This document shows positions 10,038 through 18,716 of a stretch of DNA of 64,000 nt, piece by piece. Origin of the DNA: an uncultured Parcubacteria group bacterium (GTDB taxonomy: Bacteria; Patescibacteriota; Patescibacteriia; UBA9934; CAMTUG01); assembly GCA_947084965.1 (NCBI GenBank), contig CAMTUG010000004.1, positions 23,490 to 87,489 on the forward strand, in the 5' to 3' direction. How positions within the stretch are numbered: position 1 is the first letter of the stretch; the number at the start of each line of letters is the position of its first letter. The translations under genes were made by a program, and so were the position numbers. The notes under the pieces were generated by a model. The model saw only the letters and a list, made by a program, of their open reading frames with translations, did not search any database and had not been told where the DNA came from.

Positions 10038-10237
10038 TCCTCAGGGCAAATCTTCGCACACCTGTCCGTCGGTGCAGTATTTGAGCTTTGGGAGCTCGTA
10101 TCAGCCTCAGTTACTGCCTCCTGTGGCGCGCCAGAATCTCCTGTGACATGGTCGCAGGCTCCATTCGCCCATAACCCTCGCTTTGCGCTTTCGGCGTCAA
10201 ATTGGGACGTTTCTTAGTCCTGGGGATGTACATAGCA

Positions 10238-10489
10238 CTATGTCTTCATCGCACTGTAAATTGCGTCGCGTAGTTTCTCTTTATCACCGAGCTTTACAGG
10301 GATCTTATGTTTCTCGCCTCCGCTCGTTTCGATAACAACCTGGGCGTGGAGTGGAACGCCAAGTTCGATACTGGAGATGCGATGAATTGGAATAGATTTT
10401 TCTATGAAGAAAACCTTGTAGGAAACATGGGTGGAAAAAACCGTTGTCTTCGTCCCAAGGTAATTCGTTTCAAATAGCGCTTCAGCCAT
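10238..10489 (-). CDS. hypothetical protein (83 aa)
   Basis: ORF only, AT-rich. Confidence 0.3.
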   Translation of the reverse strand: MAEALFETNYLGTKTTVFSTHVSYKVFFIEKSIPIHRISSIELGVPLHAQVVIETSGGEKHKIPVKLGDKEKLRDAIYSAMKT

Positions 10490-10813
10490 ATGTGTTGTTG
10501 TGGTTTTGAATTAGGGCTGGATTTTGAGCAACGCAAAAGGTCGCCCGAGCCAGCGACGATTCTCTTTCGAAAACCGCCTCACGTCCTTTCGGAGCGTGAA
10601 CCACAACAACGAGGGCTGGTCAGACGACCAACAACGTTGTTGTGGATTTATTAGAGCCATGCCCATCATTATCTGATGGGTTTAGGCAATTGTGCTTGTA
10701 TTTTAACGTAAGGCACTGAAAAAGCAAACGCTATAGGCTGAATAAAGCCAAAAAATCTAGCATAAATTGCTTAATAGTGGCAGAATCAATAGGAAAAAGA
10801 ATGAAGAATAAGT

Positions 10814-11491
10814 ATGAAGGATGAGGACTTAGATTTGTCGGCAAAAGCAATAGAGCTTAATCGGCAGCAGTTTGTAGGCACCATTTGTCATTTCGAGGGT
10901 GAAAAAATCGCCCAGTGGCTTCGTGTTAAAAAGTTGGGGATCCCGCAAGAAGGTTTTGTTGATCAACACGCTGAAAACCGTTGGTTGAATCCAGTAGACC
11001 AGAATGTAGAAGAGGTAATGAGGAGACATCATCTTGTTGGGCGCGCTATCAAGGTATTGTTGGGTATTTTCAAACTCACAGATAATTACAGTGGAGCCGT
11101 ACGACATTTCCTACTCCAAAACAAAGTCGGACATATTCCAGGGAATTTTTCCATCGAGTACACGCCCGATAACGGTAAGATTAAAACCGAGTATCATGAC
11201 CTGCCAAAGACAGGAGAGAAGACGCTTGAAAACAAATTACGAGTTGAGGTTTTCAAACATCTGAAACCGAAGACTGTCGCTCGAAGAACAAGAAAAACTG
11301 CAGAGCGGGATAGCCGTGTTACCAGCCTCACGAAGACAAAAAAGAAAGGAACGCAGGTGGAAAGGGATTTTGGCATTGTGGCGGAACTGTATCCCGTGGG
11401 AACAGTGGACGATTTTTCAAAAAAAGCTGATACGAAGCGTGTACAGTTGATAAAAAAAGCCCGTGAAAGAGATAAAAAACGTTACAGTTAA
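10814..11491 (+). CDS. hypothetical protein with a Lys-rich C-terminus
   Basis: ORF followed by an intrinsic terminator. Confidence 0.4.
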   Translation: MKDEDLDLSAKAIELNRQQFVGTICHFEGEKIAQWLRVKKLGIPQEGFVDQHAENRWLNPVDQNVEEVMRRHHLVGRAIKVLLGIFKLTDNYSGAVRHFLLQNKVGHIPGNFSIEYTPDNGKIKTEYHDLPKTGEKTLENKLRVEVFKHLKPKTVARRTRKTAERDSRVTSLTKTKKKGTQVERDFGIVAELYPVGTVDDFSKKADTKRVQLIKKARERDKKRYS

Positions 11492-11525
11492 TTTTCAAAA
11501 TTAGTGTCACCATTCAAGGAGCGCA

Positions 11526-11552
11526 AAGGGGTACCGTCGAGGTACCTTTTAT
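11526..11552 (+). terminator. rho-independent terminator
   Basis: GGTACCgtcgaGGTACC hairpin followed by TTTT. Confidence 0.55.
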
Positions 11553-11929
11553 GTTTGCGCCCGACGCCTCACAACAAACCTCCGAAGATCAGGTCGTCGA
11601 AGCATTCGCTGAGATGTTGTATATGGCTGCGCGTCAGGAGGTAAAAAATAAGTATGAACACAATCCACAATCAGTTTCCGACAAGTAATTTCTACCTTGC
11701 CGCCTATCTGCTTTCGCACGAGATCAATATGATCAACTGCGAACGTGAACATGGCGGAAAGGTTACTTTTGTTTTTTCAGATTCTGAAAATCTACGCAAC
11801 CGCGTGACTGAATTTACATTCGAACGAAATGCGCTCGTGAGTGCATCCTCCTTTGTGAATTCGATCAAGAAGTTGAAATCCCTTTTGTACGACGGGATTT
11901 GATGACAATCAAAGTATAAGAATAACCAT

Positions 11930-12538
11930 ATGGCGGAACGCCGAATGATACGCAAAGATCTTTGTGAGAATGATGCTTTCAATGATCTCACGATGCCCGC
12001 ACAAATTCTCTACATGATGCTGATTCTCCACGGCGATGATGAGGGTTGTTTCAGGGCGGATGCAAAGTACTGGAGTAGAACCGTTTTTTACACAAAGCGC
12101 CAGGGTCCATTTCGTGTAGAGCGAATGCTTGATGAACTGCGAGAAGCGAGACTAATCATCACGGGCGAAACAAAAAATGGTCCCGCTGGCTTCATTCTTG
12201 GGTGGTTTAACATGCAAACTCTCACCGCAAGCAAGAGTAAACCTAGCCAATTTTATGAACTTTTGGTTGCCCATGGAATAACTCCATGTTGGGGAATTCC
12301 TGCAGAAGAGAATGTAAGGAAAGAAAAGCAAAGTGAAGTGAATGAAGGTGGGGTGAGGTCGAATTCGCCAAGTCGTTTTCGAGAAGTTGCAGGTAAACAC
12401 AGGGACGAAAAAATCGCTAGATTACAGGCGGAAAAGAAAGCTGTAATGGAGGGAATGTCTATGGGGGCTATTTCAACTCCTAATGATTTCGATGAAATTA
12501 GCGAATATGCCGAAAATGACGTGCGAGAAGATACCTAA
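11930..12538 (+). CDS. hypothetical protein (202 aa), mobile-element-associated
   Basis: ORF with an AGGAGG-like RBS. Confidence 0.4.
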   Translation: MAERRMIRKDLCENDAFNDLTMPAQILYMMLILHGDDEGCFRADAKYWSRTVFYTKRQGPFRVERMLDELREARLIITGETKNGPAGFILGWFNMQTLTASKSKPSQFYELLVAHGITPCWGIPAEENVRKEKQSEVNEGGVRSNSPSRFREVAGKHRDEKIARLQAEKKAVMEGMSMGAISTPNDFDEISEYAENDVREDT

Positions 12539-13001
12539 GGTTAGCACGCGGTACTTCCGACCGCGCATGAGAGGATCGATTCTCACGGATCAACGCCTTG
12601 CTTCTTTTACTCTAACATCAACGCCCTGCTATTTCGGAGGGCAACGGTATTGGTTCATTTGTACGGCGGATAAAGATGGAGAACCGTGTGGAAAGAGGGC
12701 TGGCGTCTTGTACTTAATAAACGACATATTCGCTTGCCGCCGATGCCACGATTTGGCATACGAGAGCCAGCAAAGGAATCACGTCGGCAGAAGAGCATTT
12801 TGTCGTAAGTATCGAGAAGGAGAAAAAAACATGGAACGATCTTTTATGGAGATGCGAATAAAACAATGGCGAGGGAACCCAACGAAGCGCTATCAGAAAT
12901 GGCTCATGCTCAGCGAGCGGCGCACACGCGATGCATCACGATTTCTGCTTGCAGAAATGTTAGTCATCGGATTCATTAAAAGTCGTCGTAAATCTCGCTG
13001 A
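12483..13001 (+). CDS. hypothetical Cys-rich (zinc-finger-like) protein
   Basis: CxxC motifs (CTADKDGEPCGKR...CRRCHD); start uncertain. Confidence 0.35.
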   Translation: MISMKLANMPKMTCEKIPKVSTRYFRPRMRGSILTDQRLASFTLTSTPCYFGGQRYWFICTADKDGEPCGKRAGVLYLINDIFACRRCHDLAYESQQRNHVGRRAFCRKYREGEKNMERSFMEMRIKQWRGNPTKRYQKWLMLSERRTRDASRFLLAEMLVIGFIKSRRKSR

Positions 13002-13052
13002 AGTATGCAGGAACTTTTCATTTCTCCAGTTGCACGACATAATTCAAATGAT

Positions 13053-14645
13053 ATGGACAAAAAAGCACTTCTCTATCTTCGCGTTTCAACGGACAAACAG
13101 GCCGAAAAAGGTTTCAGCCTGCCAGCTCAAGAAGAGGCGTGTCGTACCTACGCAAAAACGCATGGTTTTTCTGTTGAACATGTTTACCGTGATGAGGGAG
13201 AATCTGCGCGCTCCGACGATCGGCCTCAACTGCAAGAGATGCTCGCTCGTTGCGACGAAGGTGACATTGCCGCGGTTATCGTCTACAAGCTCGATCGCTT
13301 TGCGCGCAACGTTTTCGATCACGTGCGGAATGCCGCTCGCATACGCATGAAGAAGGCCGAACTCCATTCTGTTACAGAAAATATAAGCGGTACACCCGAA
13401 GGAATGATGGTAGAAGCCATCCTTGCTAGCGTAGCGCAATTTTTTAGCGGTAACCTTGCCCGTGATGTACTCAAGGGCATGAACGAGCGAGCCAAACAGG
13501 GCATGTGCAACTCCAAGGCTCCGCCTGGCTACAAAAACATGCGGGAGATCATTAACGAAGATGTTGAGAGAAAATTCGTGATTCCTGACTCCAAAACTAA
13601 GGATTATGTGATTCAGGCGTTTGAAAAGTTCGCGACGGGCGGTTATACGGTGGCCGATCTTTGCGATTGGTTCTTTTCCGTTGGAATGGAGCAAAAAAAG
13701 AACAAAGGCAAGCCTCTCGCTATTTCAATGGTGAGTCGAATGTTGAGCAACAAATTCTACATCGGCATCACGCAATGGAATGGCATTGAGGCGGAAGGAG
13801 TACACGAGCCCATTATTTCCAAAGAACTATTCCAGCGTGTCCAACTTGTACTCAGCGACCGTATCCACGGAAGAAGCAGGAAGCGTAAAAACCTTTTCTT
13901 ATTACGCGGGCTCATGCAATGCGGCGAGTGCGGTGCAAACATCACTTATGAAAAGCAACTCACTTCATCGAAGCGGTTGATACCGTATTACCGTTGTTCA
14001 AAAAGGCAAGATAACCGAAAAGTCGATTGCACCCAATCATACGTAGACGCTAATTTTTTGGAGAAAGAAATTGCAAAAGCCGTAGAAGCCGCTCGTCTCC
14101 CCCGACACATTATTGTAAAAATCGAAAAGAAGCTCGCAGAGATTCACGAGCGGGAACAGGAGTCGGTTACTAGGGAGCGTAAGCAGATTCAAGCAAAAAT
14201 GAATCAGCTCAACGAAAAGGAACGTTCGCTGGTGAACAAGTATCTCGAAAATAAGCTGACCGAGGAAATCTACGAAACGATCCGAGAAGAAATCTCTTCA
14301 GAACGCATAAACTGCAAGGCAAGGCTCGAAGCAAACGAAAGCACGATCCAGGCGGCGATCCGCATCCTGGAACAAGCGGTTACCTTCACGCGCGACCTCC
14401 CAGTCGCCTATAAGCGCGCGCCAGACCCAATCAAGCGACGATTCCTGGCCATTCTCTTCAAAGAGATTGTGGTGAAGGATGGTGGCTTGTATAAGGTTGT
14501 ATTGAATGAGCCGCTCGACTATCTCTGCAAAGAGTTTGCCCAAAATAAAAACCTCCCCGTCAAATTCGACGGAGAAGCTTTTGGTGACCCCAAGGAGAAT
14601 CGAACTCCTATTTGGTGGATGAGAACCACCTGTCCTAACCGTTAG
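13053..14645 (+). CDS. large serine recombinase (integrase)
   Basis: Resolvase N-domain LYLRVSTDKQ with catalytic Ser, recombinase domain, zinc ribbon CGECG; 3' end overlaps the tRNA-Glu. Confidence 0.85.
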   Translation: MDKKALLYLRVSTDKQAEKGFSLPAQEEACRTYAKTHGFSVEHVYRDEGESARSDDRPQLQEMLARCDEGDIAAVIVYKLDRFARNVFDHVRNAARIRMKKAELHSVTENISGTPEGMMVEAILASVAQFFSGNLARDVLKGMNERAKQGMCNSKAPPGYKNMREIINEDVERKFVIPDSKTKDYVIQAFEKFATGGYTVADLCDWFFSVGMEQKKNKGKPLAISMVSRMLSNKFYIGITQWNGIEAEGVHEPIISKELFQRVQLVLSDRIHGRSRKRKNLFLLRGLMQCGECGANITYEKQLTSSKRLIPYYRCSKRQDNRKVDCTQSYVDANFLEKEIAKAVEAARLPRHIIVKIEKKLAEIHEREQESVTRERKQIQAKMNQLNEKERSLVNKYLENKLTEEIYETIREEISSERINCKARLEANESTIQAAIRILEQAVTFTRDLPVAYKRAPDPIKRRFLAILFKEIVVKDGGLYKVVLNEPLDYLCKEFAQNKNLPVKFDGEAFGDPKENRTPIWWMRTTCPNR

Positions 14646-14656
14646 ACGATGGGGCC
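14582..14656 (-). tRNA. tRNA-Glu (anticodon CUC)
   Basis: Cloverleaf folded by hand: acceptor GGCCCCA/TGGGGTC, anticodon loop TTCTCAT, T-loop TTCGATT, encoded CCA. Confidence 0.7.
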
Positions 14657-14747
14657 AAATGGTTTTCGCGACCGCTTTGGCGTCGCAACGGTAACATTTC
14701 AAAAGGGCCGAGTCAATAGATTTCGCGCTGTGGATGAGGCGAAACGG

Positions 14748-14776
14748 TTGACAAAGCCTTCCAAAAGCCCTATCTT
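14748..14776 (+). promoter_or_regulatory. sigma70-like promoter (TTGACA-N17-TATCTT)
   Basis: Near-consensus -35 and -10 elements upstream of the 14811 CDS. Confidence 0.4.
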
Positions 14777-14810
14777 TTCCTCTCCCCTTCCGGGAGAAAA
14801 GAGAGGCCCC

Positions 14811-15500
14811 ATGTTCGCACTGATCATTTCGGCAGCCATGGCCACGGACCCCACGGAGCAGGTGCTCGACGAAGCGCCGCCGCCCGTGACCGAAGCGCCT
14901 GCGCCGCCGGTTCGACCGGTGCCGAGCGGGCTGTACGCCACCTTCCAGGGCGGGGTGATCGGCGGGCTCAACCACCCGCTCGTCGACACCTACACCGTGA
15001 CCGACCTCTTCACCGGCGAGCAGCGCGAGGTGACCGACATCCTGCGCGGGATCTTCCACGACGGCTTCAAGGTCAACATCGGACTTGTGAACCTGCGGGC
15101 GAACGGTGTCCGCTACGGCGCGCGTCTCGCCTTCTCCCTCCTCTCCGAGGGTGGGAGCTTCGGCAACTTCGACGTCATCGCCGCTGGGCTCGACCTGCGG
15201 CCGGAGATCCTCCTGACTCCGTTCCCGGGCAAGCCCCGGCTCGCGCTGATCGTGAGTCCCGTCTCCTGGCACGGGACCGGCACCTTCGCGAGCGCGGTTC
15301 GCTACCCTGGGCTCGGCGCCGAGTACGCGATCTCGGTCCTGCCGGATCAGCTCCCGCCGCTCACCGAAGTACACATCGGGGCCTTCGTGGCACTCGAGAA
15401 CGTCACCGCCACGACCGATAGCTCCGGACCGACGGTGAACCCCGGCTGGGTGGTGCAGACCTCCCTCACGATCGGCACAGCGGTGCACATGCCGGACTGA
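14811..15500 (+). CDS. hypothetical secreted/envelope protein (high GC)
   Basis: Internal Met with a GAGAGG RBS; about 66% GC. Confidence 0.4.
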   Translation: MFALIISAAMATDPTEQVLDEAPPPVTEAPAPPVRPVPSGLYATFQGGVIGGLNHPLVDTYTVTDLFTGEQREVTDILRGIFHDGFKVNIGLVNLRANGVRYGARLAFSLLSEGGSFGNFDVIAAGLDLRPEILLTPFPGKPRLALIVSPVSWHGTGTFASAVRYPGLGAEYAISVLPDQLPPLTEVHIGAFVALENVTATTDSSGPTVNPGWVVQTSLTIGTAVHMPD

Positions 15501-15624
15501 ACCACGGTTCAACACTCTTCACTTCTCGCTCCCCGCTGGATCACTTCCAGCGGGGTTCGACGTTTAAAACGACGCGACCACGAGGGAGTGTCCCTCGCGG
15601 TCGAACGTGGAATTCAGGGACGGG

Positions 15625-16020
15625 TCAGGAACGGAGACGAGCGATCTCTGCGCGAAGCGCTGCCTCGATCTCCGGCATCCCGATGGGCTTGTTCAGCCCG
15701 ATCACCCCCAGCTTGAGGAGCTCGCCTGGATGCAGCTCAGGAAAGGCGTGGACGTCCTGCCCATGAACGAGCAGGAAGGCGATCCTGCGCCTGACCAGCT
15801 CGTCGCGAAGTCGCGCGTGAATCTGCAGGCCAGATTCGCCCGGCAGCGTCTGGTCGCAGATGATCCCGACGATGTCCTCACCGAGGCACCGATCGAGGTC
15901 GGCTCCGGAGGAACCCGTCACGACCTCGTAGTTCCACATCGTGAAGATCTCGCGGTAGAGCGAGAGGATGAGCGGCTCATCCTCGATGATGCAGATCCGG
16001 CCCAATGTGTGCGTGGTCAT
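15625..16020 (-). CDS. standalone response-regulator receiver (CheY-like) domain protein
   Basis: Motifs ICIIEDEP...IICD...NKP; high GC; AAGGGGGAAGG RBS. Confidence 0.6.
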   Translation of the reverse strand: MTTHTLGRICIIEDEPLILSLYREIFTMWNYEVVTGSSGADLDRCLGEDIVGIICDQTLPGESGLQIHARLRDELVRRRIAFLLVHGQDVHAFPELHPGELLKLGVIGLNKPIGMPEIEAALRAEIARLRS

Positions 16021-16093
16021 TGTCCTTCCCCCTTGGTTGTTCAGGACCGAGGATTTAACCACCTTTTCGGTGTTTGGCAAGAGTCGCCATGGC

Positions 16094-17068
16094 CTATGGT
16101 ATTTCCTCAAGGATCGGCTGACTCAAAACACTTTTAAAATCATAAGTTGTGAACGTCCAAACTCCATCGAGAACCTCGACCCCAACCGCGAGACCGCGCT
16201 GCGTCTCCTCTGAAAAGTATTGGTCGAAAATGAAATTCCCCAATGAGTAAAAAATCTGCACGCCGTTATAGATCTCAGACTCCTGCACCACGTGCGGATG
16301 ATGGCCGATGATCAGATCCGCGCCGGCATCAACCAACCGATGAGCCAGTTCCTGCTGAGTCAGATTGCTCCGCGTCTGATACTCCTCACCCCAGTGCACG
16401 TTGACGATAATCGGATCGTCCGATTCGGTTTCAAGCTGAGCGATCGTTTCAACCGCGGCATCAGCATCACTAAATGGGAACGTAACGTTGAACGAAGCGA
16501 AGATCATCGGGATTCCAGGAGCATCCGTTTTCAACACATGATCGAGGCCCATCTCGACCGCATGTCCTGAATGAAGAATCCCAACTTCGTCGAGAACGTG
16601 CAGCGTGTAGACATATGCCGCATGACCCTGGTCGAGGGTGTGATTGTTGGCGAGCGTCACTGCATCGAATCCGTGACGGGCCAAAAGCGGGCCGATCGTG
16701 TCAGAGAAGTTAAAACTCACGGAGTGATCCGGCGTCTGGGTGTGATCCTCAACGATCGGGCCTTCCAAATTTGCGTGAACGAAGTCATAGGCATCGATCA
16801 GTGACTGAATCTTTTCAAACGGATAGTCCTCCCCGTTCACCCGCATCAACGTCTCGACGTTCCGCCCAAGCATCATGTCACCGAAAAACAAAAGACGGAC
16901 CGGAACCGAAGGTGGTTCAGGTACGTCAGCCGCGAGCTGAAGTTGCGGTGTATCGATAATCATCGGCGCCGGTGCTGCGGTGCTCCGTGGCCAAAATGCA
17001 AAGACAGCCGCCGAAAGAGCGATGAACGCGGAAATACCGACGAGAACAATGAACGGTCGATGGGTCAT
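16094..17068 (-). CDS. CapA-family metallophosphoesterase (poly-gamma-glutamate synthesis-like)
   Basis: N-terminal TM; motifs GDMMLGR...LANNH...GHHPH. Confidence 0.6.
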   Translation of the reverse strand: MTHRPFIVLVGISAFIALSAAVFAFWPRSTAAPAPMIIDTPQLQLAADVPEPPSVPVRLLFFGDMMLGRNVETLMRVNGEDYPFEKIQSLIDAYDFVHANLEGPIVEDHTQTPDHSVSFNFSDTIGPLLARHGFDAVTLANNHTLDQGHAAYVYTLHVLDEVGILHSGHAVEMGLDHVLKTDAPGIPMIFASFNVTFPFSDADAAVETIAQLETESDDPIIVNVHWGEEYQTRSNLTQQELAHRLVDAGADLIIGHHPHVVQESEIYNGVQIFYSLGNFIFDQYFSEETQRGLAVGVEVLDGVWTFTTYDFKSVLSQPILEEIP

Positions 17069-17143
17069 AATGAAAAATTATAGCCCGTTGCGGCCCAAAA
17101 TGCGAACGCGCCCTGGGAGTGACCCAAGGCGCGGGCGGGCGGA

Positions 17144-18604
17144 TTATTCGCCCGTGTCGTAGGCCGCCGTGTCGACGGAAGCCGTATCGATCGATCCCGT
17201 GTCGGTGGCAGTGTCCACCGTGTTCCAGTCCTCGAGGCGATCGAGAAGACGGTCGAACTCCTGCGCCACCTGCTCGACGCGCGGCTCGTAGAAGTCGATG
17301 ACGTCATCACACCTTGCATCGTCGCCGTCGCGCATCCATCCGTTCCCAACAAGCTTCAGACAGATCTCCGATGCGATCTCAGCCGGGTTGACCTCGGCGA
17401 TCGTGGCGAGGGTGTCGACGCCGGTCAGGAGTTCCTCCTCGCGGCAGGCGTGGTCGCGCTTGCACATCGAGGTCATCACCGACATGCCGTCGTAGCGAAC
17501 GCCCGTGTACCAGGGATGGTCCGCGGTGATGTCCACGCTGTAGAGGTACTGCGGGCCGAAGGCGACCGCGTTCGAGGACTGCACCACCACGCAGTTGTTG
17601 GTGTTCCGCTCACAGTCATCGCCCGCCCCGAGGAAGTAGGAGATGAACTTGTAGTCCCAGTAGGAACGCACGTCCCAGACCTCGCTGGCGCTCTCGAGCC
17701 AGCCGTCCCCAGAAGGAACAGCGTAGAGATCGGCGACCGACTGGGCGAAGGCGGTGTTGTCGCAGTCCTCACCGTCGATCGTCCACTGGCAGTCGACCTC
17801 GGAGAGGTTCTCGACCGTGTACTCGTTGATCCCTCCGACGTACTCCCAGGCCTGCACCGCTTCCGGGACTTCGCGCTCGAAGAACCCGGTCTTGTAGCGC
17901 TCGACCAGCGTGTAGACGGCCCAGACGCCGGAGTCGATCTCCGCATCCCAGAACGAGGTCTGGACGAGGACGTGGGTGGACTTGGGCGCCGGGAATCCGG
18001 AGGCACGGGCGATCGAGAGCGCGGTGTGCTCCCGCTGGATCCCGGACTCGGCCCCGCCGCCGTTCAGGCGGACTTTGGTGTAGCCACCCGGCAGGATCTG
18101 CCCTGCGACCTCTTCGTCGATGTTCATGGCGATGTTCGGGATCCCGAACGTCCCATCGTCGCGGGTGAAGTAGTCAAAGGAGGACTCCCCCGAGAGCCAG
18201 GCCTCGACGTTGACGAGCTTGACGCAGTCCTCGGTATCGAGGTTGATCACCCAGACCGCATCGAGCGTCGGCGCTCCGCTCTCCGCGCTCTCGAGATCGT
18301 AGACGTACCAGTCGTAGTCCATGTCCGAGGTCTCGTCGAGTTCTTCGGCCGTCTCCGCGTCGAAGTCAAGGTAGAAGGCGATGTTCGCGGCGTTGTCGAA
18401 GACGTCGTCCATCTCCGAGGCCGCCATCTCGTTGCAGACCGGCTCGTTCGAGCCGTCGGCACCGGGGACAACTTCGACCCCGGTGGTGTCCTCGCCGTCG
18501 TCGACCCCGGTGGTGTCCTCGAGGTAGTAGGTGTTGTAGACGTTCGTCACGTCGGGGACGCACCCCGCGAGAACGAGGGGGAGAAGGACAGGGCGGCAGT
18601 TCAT
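17144..18604 (-). CDS. hypothetical acidic lipoprotein (high GC)
   Basis: Lipobox LVLAGC; GGAG RBS; about 62% GC. Confidence 0.45.
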   Translation of the reverse strand: MNCRPVLLPLVLAGCVPDVTNVYNTYYLEDTTGVDDGEDTTGVEVVPGADGSNEPVCNEMAASEMDDVFDNAANIAFYLDFDAETAEELDETSDMDYDWYVYDLESAESGAPTLDAVWVINLDTEDCVKLVNVEAWLSGESSFDYFTRDDGTFGIPNIAMNIDEEVAGQILPGGYTKVRLNGGGAESGIQREHTALSIARASGFPAPKSTHVLVQTSFWDAEIDSGVWAVYTLVERYKTGFFEREVPEAVQAWEYVGGINEYTVENLSEVDCQWTIDGEDCDNTAFAQSVADLYAVPSGDGWLESASEVWDVRSYWDYKFISYFLGAGDDCERNTNNCVVVQSSNAVAFGPQYLYSVDITADHPWYTGVRYDGMSVMTSMCKRDHACREEELLTGVDTLATIAEVNPAEIASEICLKLVGNGWMRDGDDARCDDVIDFYEPRVEQVAQEFDRLLDRLEDWNTVDTATDTGSIDTASVDTAAYDTGE

Positions 18605-18716
18605 GGGTACTCCGTTTAGGGTCAACATGACCCTTTTTTGTCGTTAGGACAAACAAAAAAGGACCATTTTGAAAGGTTTATGTACCATCAAAAGGCCCTT
18701 CTGTCAATCGATGTTT

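Noticed and set aside
14298-15515. 405-aa minus-strand ORF spanning the recombinase 3' end, the tRNA-Glu and the high-GC gene
   Set aside because: It crosses a tRNA and two well-supported genes on the other strand. It is low-complexity and Arg-rich, so spurious.
15531-15601. Integron attC-like sites after the high-GC cassettes
   Set aside because: The hairpins are imperfect inverted repeats 3' of cassette-like genes, but I could not identify RYYYAAC/GTTRRRY core sites, and there is no intI-like integrase in the window. The serine recombinase here is unrelated to IntI.
17450-18619. 389-aa ORF on the plus strand (also 17476-18006 and 18247-18471 minus-strand ORFs) rich in Arg/Gly/Val/Pro
   Set aside because: It is antisense to or out of frame with the high-GC lipoprotein gene (17144-18604). 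It is a typical stop-codon-poor shadow ORF of 62% GC DNA with no motifs.
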